Shown here: positions 28,601 through 39,648 of the stretch, piece after piece
Numbering within the stretch: the first letter of the stretch is position 1
How the letters are laid out: the number at the start of each line of letters is the position of its first letter
DNA from: a virus
Virus record (IMG/VR): IMGVR_UViG_3300049491_000083
Location: 12,009 to 76,008 of that record
DNA length: 64,000 bases
Reading direction: 5' to 3' (one strand)
The notes under the pieces: model-generated
What the model was told of the DNA's origin: nothing
Seen by the model: only the letters and a program-made list of their open reading frames with translations
Database searches by the model: none
Translations under genes and position numbers: made by a program

Positions 28601-29359
28601 TACTGCCCTTCAAACTTGGCCTTTAGTCGTTCGTACTCAGCACGTTCACGCTCTAGACTGCGGCGATTATAGACGCTCTTCCACTTCTCATTCTTCTCAA
28701 GGTTCTTAGCCACAACACCTAGACGGTGCTGCTGCTCAGCAGGGGACAGTGGCCTATCAACCTTGATATGGACAAATCCTCCCAGTTCGGCACTCTCCAT
28801 GACATTGCACGCAAGATCATCAAATAGTTCTTCTATGTCATGATCGGTTGCCTTTGCGGCATCGAATCTGACTACATCGATAACCTTGTGGCTGTAGACC
28901 GTCGTTCGGATCTTCATTGTCTCACCAATTCTCAACTGTATAGATAGACTCATCATAGGGCAGGCCGTCTAGGTACTTGTTCTGCTCTCGCACATACGCC
29001 TGATGCCTGCGGTATGCCCGTGGATGCAAGGCGGCATTGATCCAATAAATAAGAAACATCATTCGTCTATCTCCGTAATAGTGAAGGCGTTACCGAACTG
29101 CTCGCACCATTCCTCAGCATGTTCCCGCGTGAGGAAACTCCACGCGGGGGAGTCATCTACGTTTAGGGTGACTCTGTATCTAATCATTTCTTGTCCTCCC
29201 AATACACAGTAAGAATGGTCGCATCAGTCCTATAGTCGCTACGGATATTGAACTCGCTAGAACCCGGTACTCCGTAACTGGCTGCTGCATCAAGGAACGA
29301 TTGCATGATGTTAAGAGTCATCCTACCACCGGGGACTTCCTCTGTCAAGGAGTGTCTCA

Positions 29360-29947
29360 TTATTCTTCCAATGACTTGTAGAGTGCCCTGATCCAGTCGT
29401 TGGATTCATCTACGTTATTCTGCTCCCGCTCTTTTGCCTGAGTGTAATACTCAAGGTCACGCTCCGCAGCCTTTATTTCCTGCTCTGCATATTCCTTTGG
29501 GGTGATGCGAGCGGGAGAGGGATAGATCTTGCAGTCCCATTCAATGGACGATTCCAACTGATCAATCATGAATTTCTTAAGTTCTTCGTGCTTGGGAGTG
29601 GGTGGCTTCCATGCGGTTACATCAGAAAGCATCTGCTCGTACTTTACCCGGCGAGCAAGAGCCTTGGACGCACCCTCGCTCCATGCCTTGAAGTCTCGCT
29701 GATATGCCAACTCAGCCTCTTCAGCGATAGTCTGCTCAGACCAGTAGGAGACAAACCATATCCTTTCCTTGGCCCGTGCTATGTTCTTATCAGTATAGTC
29801 ATTAGTTGACCGCAAGGTTGGGGGATTGCTCAATGGTTCGTCACGCTGCTCAATAGTGGCACCAAATGCTCGTGCGCATTGCAGGATGAACTCGTTACGG
29901 GTGATGGGCTTAAGATCGTATAGGTCGGCGGTATATCCAGTAGGCAT
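29360..29947 (-). CDS. conserved phage hypothetical protein
   Basis: MPTGYT, CARAFGA, WKPPT..H..LKKFMIDQL motifs. Confidence 0.75.
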   Translation of the reverse strand: MPTGYTADLYDLKPITRNEFILQCARAFGATIEQRDEPLSNPPTLRSTNDYTDKNIARAKERIWFVSYWSEQTIAEEAELAYQRDFKAWSEGASKALARRVKYEQMLSDVTAWKPPTPKHEELKKFMIDQLESSIEWDCKIYPSPARITPKEYAEQEIKAAERDLEYYTQAKEREQNNVDESNDWIRALYKSLEE

Positions 29948-30110
29948 TAGACTTCCTCTATCCATGCATCTTCGTAGGATGACTCAAGTTCTACCCCGTC
30001 CTTGCGGGGATTAAGAGTGTCAAACAGTTCCTCGGCATCCTCTTCGTTGTCTGCTACTACGGTGAGCGTATACCATACCCTGTATAGGGTTGTCTGTTCA
30101 TATGTTGGCA

Positions 30111-30302
30111 TTATGCCTCCACTAGGTCTAGGGGTGTAGGTGCAGTTAGTTTGGCATGGCAGTAGGCACACTCAGCATTCATGAGGTACCCGGCGATTTC
30201 ATATCCTTCATCAAACGTTGCCTGAATTGTGAAAAGATCGCTCCCGCAGATACACTCCCGCGTAGGTATCCCTCTTAGACTTAACTGAGGGCGTGGGGCC
30301 AT
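30111..30302 (-). CDS. small zinc-binding protein
   Basis: PTRECICGS...CAYC...TAPTP. Confidence 0.7.
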   Translation of the reverse strand: MAPRPQLSLRGIPTRECICGSDLFTIQATFDEGYEIAGYLMNAECAYCHAKLTAPTPLDLVEA

Positions 30303-30656
30303 GCACCGAACAATCCATAGTCCAAACGATAGAACTATTAGTAAGGTCATATCTCTCCTGCCAAATGAAATTTCCCGCCATGACTTCAATTATATCGGTC
30401 ATGACGGGAAAAGTCAATGGCTGTGGTCAGATACTTCTACCGAAAATGGCATCTATCTCTGACAGTTCATTCGGTGATATGGCACGCGAACGCTGCCTAT
30501 CCCACTCCCTCTGGATGCTCGTAGTGCTTGTGGCACCGTCGAAGATCTTAGAGAAGAATTGTCCAATGGATCGCATTGTAGTTCCTCCTTGTTTGTTGAT
30601 ACTTCAATTGTATCAACTCTTTGCAGGAAATGCAAGCGGTTGCAGTGTGACGTTGG

Positions 30657-31139
30657 TTACTCAGGGACAGGCTTGTTCTGATTGTAACTAAATCTCACTG
30701 GAGGATCTGGACGATATGTTGGATCTGGTGCATCGCCTCTTAGACCTGATCGGCCACGGTTGAACGACGCTACTTGCTGTGCAGCACCGCTGCTTATTTC
30801 TGGATCGTTCTTGAGAATGGCATGGATATGACTACCCCAATACCCCGGAATCTCTGGCCTGAACCATGCAGCAAAGCCACTATCCTTGAGAGCACGAACA
30901 ACCTTTTTGCGATCTTCGTCTGTGAGATTGGAGTCAGAAATGTCTACTGCCCCTCCACCATCATGCGTACCAGCACTCTGAGAAACGCCGCCACGATTAT
31001 ACGAGCCTTGAGCGATTACATAGAGTTGCTTGATGCCGTCGATCTTCTCCGCGTACTTAAGCGCAGCAATAGTTCGCCGGTTCAGTTTCTTTGAGCGGAA
31101 ATACACTCGCTCCTGTGGGTCTTTTAGTGTTGTTGTCAT
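30657..31139 (-). CDS. peptidoglycan peptidase (M15-like endolysin catalytic domain)
   Basis: QGSYN, SAGTHDGGGAVD, HIH zinc motifs. Confidence 0.8.
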   Translation of the reverse strand: MTTTLKDPQERVYFRSKKLNRRTIAALKYAEKIDGIKQLYVIAQGSYNRGGVSQSAGTHDGGGAVDISDSNLTDEDRKKVVRALKDSGFAAWFRPEIPGYWGSHIHAILKNDPEISSGAAQQVASFNRGRSGLRGDAPDPTYRPDPPVRFSYNQNKPVPE

Positions 31140-31154
31140 GCAACAATTATACCA

Positions 31155-31712
31155 CTATGAAGCGATCCAGATTCCGTAGAGGTAAGGCTCCCCGTAGGTG
31201 CGAGAGTCAACAAAGTCAAACGCCTTGACTGTCCATCCTGCTCCTGTCATCAGGCCCTCTACGCCTTCACGATCCCACGCCCAGTAATGCTCAGCGTTAG
31301 TGTCGCCCCAGCATTCCAGCGGGGTAGACAGGACAAGATAGGATGACTTATCTCTGATCAGTGCAAGCACAAGGTCAGGATCATCAACATGCTCAAGAGT
31401 CTCACTGAGGATATAGGCATCCACATTGGGAATAAGGGCGAGGTTATCCTCTAGTCTGCCCGTGTACTGATACCCCGGAGCATAGTCCCCAAGGATCATC
31501 GTGGGGCACGCAAGAGCCTTGGCAATGTATGCGTTGCCACAGGACAGGTCGGCAATGGATAGCGTCTGCGCTGGCAGATGCTTGCGAGCCAACTTAACTG
31601 TAGCCGCTACCCGCTCACCATGACCACGACCATAGATAAGATGGTTGTGTGGTGTAGCATATATGCTACCAAGTTCCTCGTCTGTCCACTTGGGTCGTAC
31701 CCGCTCTATCAT
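31155..31712 (-). CDS. class I SAM-dependent methyltransferase
   Basis: ADLSCGNA, SETLEHVDDP, LSTP motifs. Confidence 0.88.
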   Translation of the reverse strand: MIERVRPKWTDEELGSIYATPHNHLIYGRGHGERVAATVKLARKHLPAQTLSIADLSCGNAYIAKALACPTMILGDYAPGYQYTGRLEDNLALIPNVDAYILSETLEHVDDPDLVLALIRDKSSYLVLSTPLECWGDTNAEHYWAWDREGVEGLMTGAGWTVKAFDFVDSRTYGEPYLYGIWIAS

Positions 31713-32398
31713 CGTACCACTCGCATATCGTGTCCTCGTGTCTCAATGGCCCCGACAGCCTCGGGGTAGTGCTTGGCGAACACGTCCTTGCGAACGTATG
31801 TCTTGATGCCCAATAGATCAATGGCATCCTTGTGGTAGCAGGGATCGTCCGACCCGTCAACCGGGTCCCAACGCCAGCGGATCTTGCGGAACACGTCACG
31901 ATGAATCATGATACATGCTGCCGATGCCATAACGTCCATGACGGGGAAGGGGAAGTCCGGTACGTCAGGGCCGATCAGGCAGTAGGTCCGAATGTAGGGA
32001 GCCACCAGAGGGTGATTCATCTCAAGCATTCTCGGGACGATATCATCGGGAGGCATACAGTCAGCAGCCATGAACAGCAACCAGTCAGCACCAGTAGAGA
32101 CAGCGTAGTCTGTTACTAGGTTCTGTCCATTGGTGATGTGTCGCAGTCTATTCGCTGTGGTTACCTGTACCCGCCCATCATCAAGGCTGTATGTCCAGTA
32201 GTCCCCGCCAATCTCTTCCAACTTCTGGAGCAGCGGAGCGAAAGGCTCAAGGCCCCGTGCGTCTACCTCAATGGCAGCGAATGGCTTGACAGTTTCGTTT
32301 GTGTTGGCACGAACCTGATCGATGTTCCTGACCCACGCTTCCCATGTATCCTTCTGATCCATGACAAAGGCTGCCAGTGTTGTTCCAATGACAATCAT
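31709..32398 (-). CDS. GT-A-fold glycosyltransferase-like protein
   Basis: DWLLFMAAD, CIMIHRDVF, SDD..Y and late His motifs. Confidence 0.75.
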   Translation of the reverse strand: MIVIGTTLAAFVMDQKDTWEAWVRNIDQVRANTNETVKPFAAIEVDARGLEPFAPLLQKLEEIGGDYWTYSLDDGRVQVTTANRLRHITNGQNLVTDYAVSTGADWLLFMAADCMPPDDIVPRMLEMNHPLVAPYIRTYCLIGPDVPDFPFPVMDVMASAACIMIHRDVFRKIRWRWDPVDGSDDPCYHKDAIDLLGIKTYVRKDVFAKHYPEAVGAIETRGHDMRVVR

Positions 32399-33276
32399 GA
32401 CTTCCCCTTAAGTGCCCTAGCAATACCCTCTTCAATGGTAATCTTGGGCTTGTAGATAGTATTCAAAAACGTTGGGTCGCCTACTCTGTAGGAGCATCCC
32501 CGTGGAGCATCCTTGCTGTATTCGATGGGCCTGACGTTACCTGCTGCCGTCATGAACATATTGGCAAGTCTGGTGAAGTCCACGCCACGCCCGGTAGAAA
32601 GATTGACAGGCTCTTCTATGTCAGCCTCAAAGATAGCCATGCACGCTCGCATGATATCATCGACGTGAATCCAGTCACGGGTCTGAGTACCGTCGCTCCA
32701 CACTTCGAATGTCTTGGTACGAGCCTTGGCTTTCTTGAGGAACGAACCGAATGGATAGTCTGGAGACTGAGTGGTGCCATAGCCACTGAAAGGCCTGACA
32801 ACATGGACTCTGGCCCCATGCTCGCGTGCTACGCTAGCCATGAACTCTCCGGTCAACTTAGACCACCCGTAGGTGTTGTCCGGGGTACCGTGAAGTTTCT
32901 TTAACTTGATATCGTTCTCTCGCAGGGCAATGTTGTACTCACCCTCCTGCAAGTAGGTGGGATACGCAGCGGAACTAGAGAAGTACAGGACGGGAGTCTT
33001 AGTCCTGACAGCCCAATTGAACATCGCCTGATCGATAGCCATGTTGCGTGCTACCCATAGCGGTGCCTTATCAATGGCTGCACGACCGCCCACATTGGCT
33101 GCCGCATGAATCAGCAGATCAAACTTGGAGTCGGCGTTCTCAAAATACTTTACCGCATCGTAGCGGTTGCCGTTGGCAATGTCGAACCCGAATGTTGACC
33201 ACTTGTTCTTCTTCAAATACTTAGTGAAGTTACTCCCGATGAAACCAGCATTGCCGGTGATCATTACGCTCTTCAT
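32395..33276 (-). CDS. NAD-dependent sugar epimerase/dehydratase
   Basis: TGNAGFIG, SSSAAY, YGWSK, RDWIHVDD motifs. Confidence 0.93.
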   Translation of the reverse strand: MKSVMITGNAGFIGSNFTKYLKKNKWSTFGFDIANGNRYDAVKYFENADSKFDLLIHAAANVGGRAAIDKAPLWVARNMAIDQAMFNWAVRTKTPVLYFSSSAAYPTYLQEGEYNIALRENDIKLKKLHGTPDNTYGWSKLTGEFMASVAREHGARVHVVRPFSGYGTTQSPDYPFGSFLKKAKARTKTFEVWSDGTQTRDWIHVDDIMRACMAIFEADIEEPVNLSTGRGVDFTRLANMFMTAAGNVRPIEYSKDAPRGCSYRVGDPTFLNTIYKPKITIEEGIARALKGKS

Positions 33277-33711
33277 TGCCGTGCCTTCCTGACACAATCG
33301 TCATAGTCATCATAGTCACCATCAGCAGGTATACCGAGAAGTTCACAGAAGTTCTTCCATGTTTCCTCTACCCGTGAGTCACCCTCATCTGTCAGGATGA
33401 CTAGATTATAGGCCACCGCCTGAGCCATGGGGATACCGAAGTCGTTGTAACTCACAAACGCCGTAAGTTTGTCAGCGGGATAGAATACGCGGTTATCCCG
33501 CATGAACTCCTCAATGATATTGCACTTGGTTTCTAGACTGGTCATCGATACCGCTTCTTCAATGGTCGGCGCAGTCCATGACGGACCAGTTCTGTAAATG
33601 CCTGTCCGTACTTCTTCTCTGCTCCCTCGCCAGACTTACCAGCGGTCTTGCGAACGTTGTCACCAGCAGCGGCAAAGGCACGCTCAAGCCTATCGGCCTG
33701 ATCCTTGTCGA

Positions 33712-34125
33712 TCATGCCGCCTCATCTTCCCAAGGGTTGTCAAGGTCAGGCTCTACGGCTGCCACTGGCTTTGCTGCGGCCTCTTCTACGACCTTGGGGC
33801 TAGAGAAGAGGATAGAGATACCAATGTCTGTTGCATCAATCTCATACCCGTAGCCGTCACGACCATCGGTGTGCTTGAATGCGCGGCCCTTCAACTTGCC
33901 GGTCACGATGACCTTCTGGCCCTTCTGCAACCCGGCTGCTGCCGTGCCCAACTTCCGCCATGCGGAAACATCGATGTAGGTGGACTCACCATCTGTCCAC
34001 TGTCCATCCTTATTTACTCGTTCATTGGTGGCCAGTCTCAATTTTGTGAGATTTGAGGTACCAAAGTCCTTGGCCTCGGCATCCCTAACAAGGTTGCCCA
34101 CGATAGTAATTGTATTAGAACTCAT
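33712..34125 (-). CDS. ssb: bacterial-type single-stranded DNA-binding protein
   Basis: ITIVGNL, KGQKVIVTGKL, acidic tail DNPW. Confidence 0.92.
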   Translation of the reverse strand: MSSNTITIVGNLVRDAEAKDFGTSNLTKLRLATNERVNKDGQWTDGESTYIDVSAWRKLGTAAAGLQKGQKVIVTGKLKGRAFKHTDGRDGYGYEIDATDIGISILFSSPKVVEEAAAKPVAAVEPDLDNPWEDEAA

Positions 34126-34411
34126 TGCATTCTCCTGTACGCATTCTTTAGATGCTCCGGTAGTGTTTCGCCTGTGTCTATCACTGGCTCAAGTGTAACA
34201 GGATTCCCGTTACTTGTCAAGATCTTTCGTATCTTTGCTAGGTACTTTACGCAGTCAAGTCGCTCTTTCTCAGTGAAGTAGTTCCACTGTGATTCGTATA
34301 TCCGTACAGACATAAAGCGTGGTGCGTAGTTCTCGTATTCGACAACCTCAATGATGAAGCCATGAGGCGGCTTGATTTCGTGAATGGCCCTACGCATGGC
34401 CGGGGTGTACA

Positions 34412-34735
34412 TCATTTCGACTCCATAAGTGCTGCCTGCCAGATATTGAACCAGTCCTGAGAAGTCTTGTGCGAGTTGAATTCCTTGGATATCTTGCCCT
34501 TCTCAAGGTAGACACCGCCCCATACTCCTGACTCCTGCTTGCTTACCCCGGTTGCTAGGCATTGACTCTGGACGGGGCACAACTGGCAGAACTGATCGAT
34601 GTTTGCTCTGTACTCTGGATCTTCAACACTGTCAGGATCATTGATATCCCTGCCAAAGTTCTCATAGAGGTCAAAGAATTCTGCCGTGTCCCTTCCAAGG
34701 CACAGGGCATCCTCTGACCACTTATACATGCTCAT
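34412..34735 (-). CDS. whiB: WhiB-family transcription factor
   Basis: four Cys (C...CxxCPVxxxC) plus GVWGG. Confidence 0.92.
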   Translation of the reverse strand: MSMYKWSEDALCLGRDTAEFFDLYENFGRDINDPDSVEDPEYRANIDQFCQLCPVQSQCLATGVSKQESGVWGGVYLEKGKISKEFNSHKTSQDWFNIWQAALMESK

Positions 34736-35193
34736 CCCCTAATCACCTTGTCTGGAATGATCCAGCCGTCAGGGGTAAGTTCATATGAGATGCGACGGTA
34801 CCACTTGTTGGTGTCCTTGTTGTAGACTCCGTTGGGCAGGTACTCAGCATAGTCATCCTCAATGAGTTGAACAATGTCCCAACCTTCCCATCCAAGCGTC
34901 TTGGTATTCTCAACAATCTCCTGAGCCTCTTCAAGGTTGCTAACTATCATTGGATGACCTCTCTGTTGTTATGAGTACCGCCATTGCTAGTGCTATTGTG
35001 GATAGGAAAATGAAGATGAATCCTACCTGACGTGTAGCAATTCCGTACACGAGGTTCATACCCACGGTCAACAGCCATGTGCAAATGAGGATGATATAGT
35101 TGAGCATATTGGGTCGCCTGAATACCGTCCAATAGAGCATGGCATAGTACAGGCCAGTAACGCCGAACATCACGAGCGACCAGTCGTTGAGAC

Positions 35194-35541
35194 TCATACC
35201 CGGAAAATCCCTACTTCGCGGTCAAGGAGTTCTGCCGCCGCGACAAGGCGGGATACAGGCTCACGCTTCTGACTAAAGTACGCCAGATAGTCAACTGTTT
35301 GAAGGCGATTCTCAATAGTCTTAGGCGGGTACATTCTGAATGTTACCCGGTGTCCCTTGGACTTTAGATAGTTTTCTGTAGAGTTGCAGAACGATGCCGT
35401 GAAGTTATTGATTTTGTGTGGACCGGCAGACCACACTTCGATAGGGGCACCGTCCGGTGCCTGCGATAGTGCGACTCCCATGGCACGCATGAAAGTCTCG
35501 TAGTCCGAGAACGTTTTTGTTCCCTCAACTGCAATAATCAT
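35194..35541 (-). CDS. YspA/SLOG-like protein
   Basis: IIAVEGTKTFSDY N-terminus typical of SLOG proteins. Confidence 0.5.
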   Translation of the reverse strand: MIIAVEGTKTFSDYETFMRAMGVALSQAPDGAPIEVWSAGPHKINNFTASFCNSTENYLKSKGHRVTFRMYPPKTIENRLQTVDYLAYFSQKREPVSRLVAAAELLDREVGIFRV

Positions 35542-35979
35542 TGTCTTATCCTAAGCCGTCTAGCACCTTCAACAGTTTGTGCATTTCCTCTTCGGGTAAT
35601 GCGTATGCATCTATTGGCTGTGCTGAGCCATGTACAACATGGCCGTCGATGAAGTCGCCTTGATAGAATACGTTGTCCTTGACCCAGTAGGCCTTGTCTC
35701 CGTGAATGGAGACTCGCAGGAGATTCTCTTTCCGCGTTTGGCCTATCTGGGACAAGGGCAGCGGTTCACTTGGCTGGCTTGGCTGCTCCGGTGTCGGGAA
35801 CAGCATTTCCTTCAAGTTGTGCCTTAAGATCATTAATGGTAGCCGTAGCCGAGATCTGATATTGAACGAAATCAAACTCAAGTTGACTGGACTTATTGCG
35901 GTAATAGTCCACCAAAGTCTGAAGATCCGCCGTTGGTTGGTCATTCATCATGTACTCCTTCTTGTAGGATTCAATTGTA

Positions 35980-36543
35980 TCAAATCGATAACGGCTTGTC
36001 AAGTGCACTGGAAGAAATAATTGTTCCAGTTGCATTCTTTTGTAGGCTTGCCACGCCAGCGGCGTGAGCCTTGCGAACAAGTTCCTCTTCGGATGCTCCG
36101 ATGCTCTTGTTCAGACCCCACTCTACGGGAATCTTGTCCTGCATATTAAGATCAACTGCTCGCTGCATTATGTGTCGCATAGCACGGCTGCCCGGATGAG
36201 CCTGCGCCTTTGTGAACAGGCCGATAGCCTTGTCCATATCCTCTGCGTCAAGGATCGGGAACGAGCCACTTTGCATGGCTTGACCACGATTGGCCATAAT
36301 TCTTAGGTCCCTATCTGAATACTTCTCTGTCATCTGCATATCTCCCATATCTTCGGTATTGTCTGCTGCCATGGCCGCTTCGGCTGCTGCTTGTGTTGCA
36401 TAACACCCCTGAAGTTCGCCGTCGCCATTGACAATTGCGTACCCGTCGCATCCGGGTACCCCTGTCTTGATAGAATCTCCATCCTTTCGGACTTCGTTCT
36501 TCCTCTTGCCGGTTGATTCCTTAGTCTCATCCTTAACAGCCAT
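35980..36543 (-). CDS. two-domain phage protein, possibly head-associated
   Basis: GCDGYAIV...GCY and GSFPI...AI...HI..RA...IP.W modules. Confidence 0.6.
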   Translation of the reverse strand: MAVKDETKESTGKRKNEVRKDGDSIKTGVPGCDGYAIVNGDGELQGCYATQAAAEAAMAADNTEDMGDMQMTEKYSDRDLRIMANRGQAMQSGSFPILDAEDMDKAIGLFTKAQAHPGSRAMRHIMQRAVDLNMQDKIPVEWGLNKSIGASEEELVRKAHAAGVASLQKNATGTIISSSALDKPLSI

Positions 36544-36690
36544 GTTATCCCTTTGCTCCAGACTTTATGTTCTTGGGGTAGGGCTGGGTAACCTTGTCGC
36601 TCGTGATGACGTTAGGGTCAACCTCTTCGACGTGTGGCTCCACAGCCATCTTATTGAAAGTGTTTTCTAGCATACCTAATTATACCACCC

Positions 36691-38469
36691 TTAGATGAGT
36701 TGGAAGCCCTTGAGGTAGTTGGCAATGTCATCGGGCATCTCAATTACCTTGGCCTCTTGCTCGTCCAGTCGCTCCTGCCTTGCCATAGTGGATGGGGTAT
36801 GAATCTCAACCTCACCGAACTGGTCACTCTTGCCCAGCCGAATGGCATTGGTCACCGATCCGGCGAGGGCATCGGACAAGTCCTTTGATTTCTTGCGAGG
36901 GTGGTCAATCTTGCCATTAGGCAGGATGCGCAACTCAAGCAATTCATCAAGCAGAATATCATTATGGGGACCAGCCAGTCGCTCGTCGTAGAACAGCATA
37001 GCCAGATCCTCGTAGTGCTTCTTCGCTACGGATACAGTCTCAGTCTTGATACCGATGGACTGCAACTCCCGCTGGATATCGAATGAGTTCCAACGGTCAA
37101 AGGATACGAGTCCTAGGTTGAATCCCATACGCCTGAGGTTGACGATGAAGTCACGCACGTCTGAAATGTCTACCGGGCCTTCCTTGTGTGGCTCCCACCA
37201 TGCAATGGCATCGACAACGACGAACGGGACTACCTGCTGGTAGTCATTGAACATCTGCATCTTGACCCACTTGTCCACATGGCTGATAGCCACGGCACAC
37301 TTGTCATGCTGCTGGGCGAGGTCGGCGTGGACGTAGTAAGTAGTTTCTGGATTCGGTCTAAAGTTAGGGTCAAAGACGCGCTTGCTGTCCACGGGGTTGT
37401 GCAACTTGAGGCAGGTTTCGATCTTCTCCCGTGACTTGAAGAATGTATCTGTTCCCTTACCCGGCATACAGGCAAAGCGCATAAGGCTGTCCTGAGGATC
37501 ACGGAAGAATGCACCAGCGAACTCATCAATGTGCCGGGTAGGATTGACCTCCCATGTTGGCCTGCATAGAGCAAACACCCTAGGTATCTCATACCTAATG
37601 ATATGATCTTCCTCCCATTCAATGTCGAATGAATTACCCGGTGCCTCTGGTGGAAGGCTGGGGTCAAGGACGAAGGTGTGCGACCGAATAATAACATCCT
37701 TCTCCGCTACCACTGAGTCATAGATCTGAGAGATGTAGTCCTTGTCATACCGGGGGAAGGAGAGCAGAACAACCTTGCCATAGTCGGGGAAGCGGGAGTC
37801 CACAGAGCCTCGGAAGGCCTTGTAGATGTTGTCAGAAGTCTTAGCCTGATCGTTGCTGCTGGCAGCACTGGTCATGGCGAAGCCAGAAATCTCGTCAAGA
37901 ATGGCAATGAGCAGGTTGAGTCCCTCGTGAGACTCACGCTCGGAGTGACCGGAGTACACCGTGACCGACTTGTCGAACTTGACATTGTTCACCTTGTCGT
38001 CGTACTTGCCGACGAACCATGGACTGTTGCGAATTTTCTTGACGAAGTTATCGAAGAACACGTTCTTGGCCTGCTCGGCATTGACGGCGATATTGATGAT
38101 ATCGATTGCGTCACCCGGAGGCTTGCCGAAGTACATGGCTGGGTCCCTGAGGCACAGTAACTTGTAGACGACGTAGGCTACGCCGATGGTACTAGTGTGG
38201 TCCTTGCCTGATCCCTTGCCCAGTTTAAGGATGACCTCTGTCTTGGTGTACTTCTCGAAATGGTCACGACCTTCGTCACCCCAAATACGAATAAGGTCAG
38301 CCTCACGGTAGATCTGGCTCATGCACTCGGCAAGAATGTATTGATACTCAGACAGTGGTGGCTGATTAAGGTAGTCCGGGGATGTGACAAATGTCCGTAT
38401 GTCTACCGGGATTTCTTCGAACGGGCTATCGTCCAGTGCTTCGAATAGATCGTTAAGATCAACTGTCAA
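36691..38469 (-). CDS. terL: terminase large subunit
   Basis: GKGSGKD Walker A, ILDE Walker B, nuclease motifs HADLA and KDLSDA. Confidence 0.93.
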   Translation of the reverse strand: MTVDLNDLFEALDDSPFEEIPVDIRTFVTSPDYLNQPPLSEYQYILAECMSQIYREADLIRIWGDEGRDHFEKYTKTEVILKLGKGSGKDHTSTIGVAYVVYKLLCLRDPAMYFGKPPGDAIDIINIAVNAEQAKNVFFDNFVKKIRNSPWFVGKYDDKVNNVKFDKSVTVYSGHSERESHEGLNLLIAILDEISGFAMTSAASSNDQAKTSDNIYKAFRGSVDSRFPDYGKVVLLSFPRYDKDYISQIYDSVVAEKDVIIRSHTFVLDPSLPPEAPGNSFDIEWEEDHIIRYEIPRVFALCRPTWEVNPTRHIDEFAGAFFRDPQDSLMRFACMPGKGTDTFFKSREKIETCLKLHNPVDSKRVFDPNFRPNPETTYYVHADLAQQHDKCAVAISHVDKWVKMQMFNDYQQVVPFVVVDAIAWWEPHKEGPVDISDVRDFIVNLRRMGFNLGLVSFDRWNSFDIQRELQSIGIKTETVSVAKKHYEDLAMLFYDERLAGPHNDILLDELLELRILPNGKIDHPRKKSKDLSDALAGSVTNAIRLGKSDQFGEVEIHTPSTMARQERLDEQEAKVIEMPDDIANYLKGFQLI

Positions 38470-38986
38470 TTACGATCACTCCCGAAGATACTTCAGATAG
38501 TCTAGAAAGTATTTCAGTTCGGATTTGAGGATGCTTAGTCGCAATCTCTTTAAGAATATTGATAATGATTTCATGCTTACGCTCCATGTTTGCAAGTTCT
38601 TCTGCAATTTCTTTGTTATCCAGCAAGCCTGCACGGTGGAGTTGGTCTAGTCGCTTTGCTTCAATGTCAGCGATCAACTTAATAGCGGCCAACTTGTTCT
38701 TGAGGTCGCTGTTAAGATCGGCTTCCTCAACGACTTCGTATGTACGATTGATCAGTTTGGAGTAATGAACGTCTGCTCCTGCTAGGGCTTCGCGTGCCCG
38801 TGCATGGATAGCCTCATTGCTACCGATCATTTCCCGCCAGTCGCTCAGCAAGGACACGACGCGGGTACGGGGAATGGAAAGTTCAGTAGCAATCTCTGAC
38901 GGACCAAGCCCCTCTAGGTACTTGGTTGCTACAGCATTGACTTGATCAAGATGCTTTACTAGTTGCTCTTCGGGCAGTTGTGCCAT
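38459..38986 (-). CDS. HTH protein, probable terminase small subunit
   Basis: N-terminal HTH, helical body, directly upstream of TerL. Confidence 0.65.
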   Translation of the reverse strand: MAQLPEEQLVKHLDQVNAVATKYLEGLGPSEIATELSIPRTRVVSLLSDWREMIGSNEAIHARAREALAGADVHYSKLINRTYEVVEEADLNSDLKNKLAAIKLIADIEAKRLDQLHRAGLLDNKEIAEELANMERKHEIIINILKEIATKHPQIRTEILSRLSEVSSGVIVIDS

Positions 38987-39265
38987 TCCGCTTCTTCCTC
39001 ACTGGTATATGCTTGACTCGCTCGGGGTAGAAGGATCGCCATGCACACGCAATGTAGACCCCTCCTGTACCCTTCTGCATTTCAAAGCAGTCTATCCATT
39101 GTACCCCATTTGCCGGGTTGGTGACGTGATTCAGGAACCTGAACCGCCTACCATGCTCTCCCGTGATCTTGATAACCTCGCCCTGCACGATGGTAATACC
39201 GGGGGATAGGACGAAGTGATCCTTCCGAAGGAAGGGGTCCTGAGACTTGATCTTTCGTCTGCGCA

Positions 39266-39499
39266 TCAGAATGGGGGCAACAGTTGTGGCTTGTCGAATG
39301 CTTCGATGCGAGCAATCTCACGGTTGACATACCATGCCGCTTTCTTAAGATCCTCAATCTGCTTCCCCTTGAGGTCGGCACGCATGATGTACTTGATAGC
39401 ATTGCCAAGGTTGAAATTCATATGCTCAGTAATCTGAATGACTTCTACCCCGCTTGGGTGGCTTGTGTAGTGCACCGGATGGTTGACTGGATCGCTCAT
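39266..39499 (-). CDS. DUF3310 protein
   Basis: DPVNHPVHY, GNAIKYIMR, EDLKKAAWY motifs. Confidence 0.9.
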   Translation of the reverse strand: MSDPVNHPVHYTSHPSGVEVIQITEHMNFNLGNAIKYIMRADLKGKQIEDLKKAAWYVNREIARIEAFDKPQLLPPF

Positions 39500-39648
39500 C
39501 TGTTTCCTCTCAGTTTGTACTTACGTATGTATCGGTAGACTTGCTGCAATGATGTGCCGCACTCGTCGGCTATCTGCTGCGGTGACTTGCGATCCTCATG
39601 GAGTCGCTTGCGCAGCCAATGCTCATTCTGGTAGAGGGTGCTAGCCAT
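39496..39648 (-). CDS. small HTH DNA-binding protein
   Basis: LYQNEHWLRKR...QIADECGTSLQQVYRY (below the ORF-track cutoff). Confidence 0.75.
   Translation of the reverse strand: MASTLYQNEHWLRKRLHEDRKSPQQIADECGTSLQQVYRYIRKYKLRGNR

Noticed and set aside
18100-31000. Apparent excess of CCCGG/CCGGG
   Set aside because: My rough count was not clearly above expectation for this GC content; needs a k-mer test
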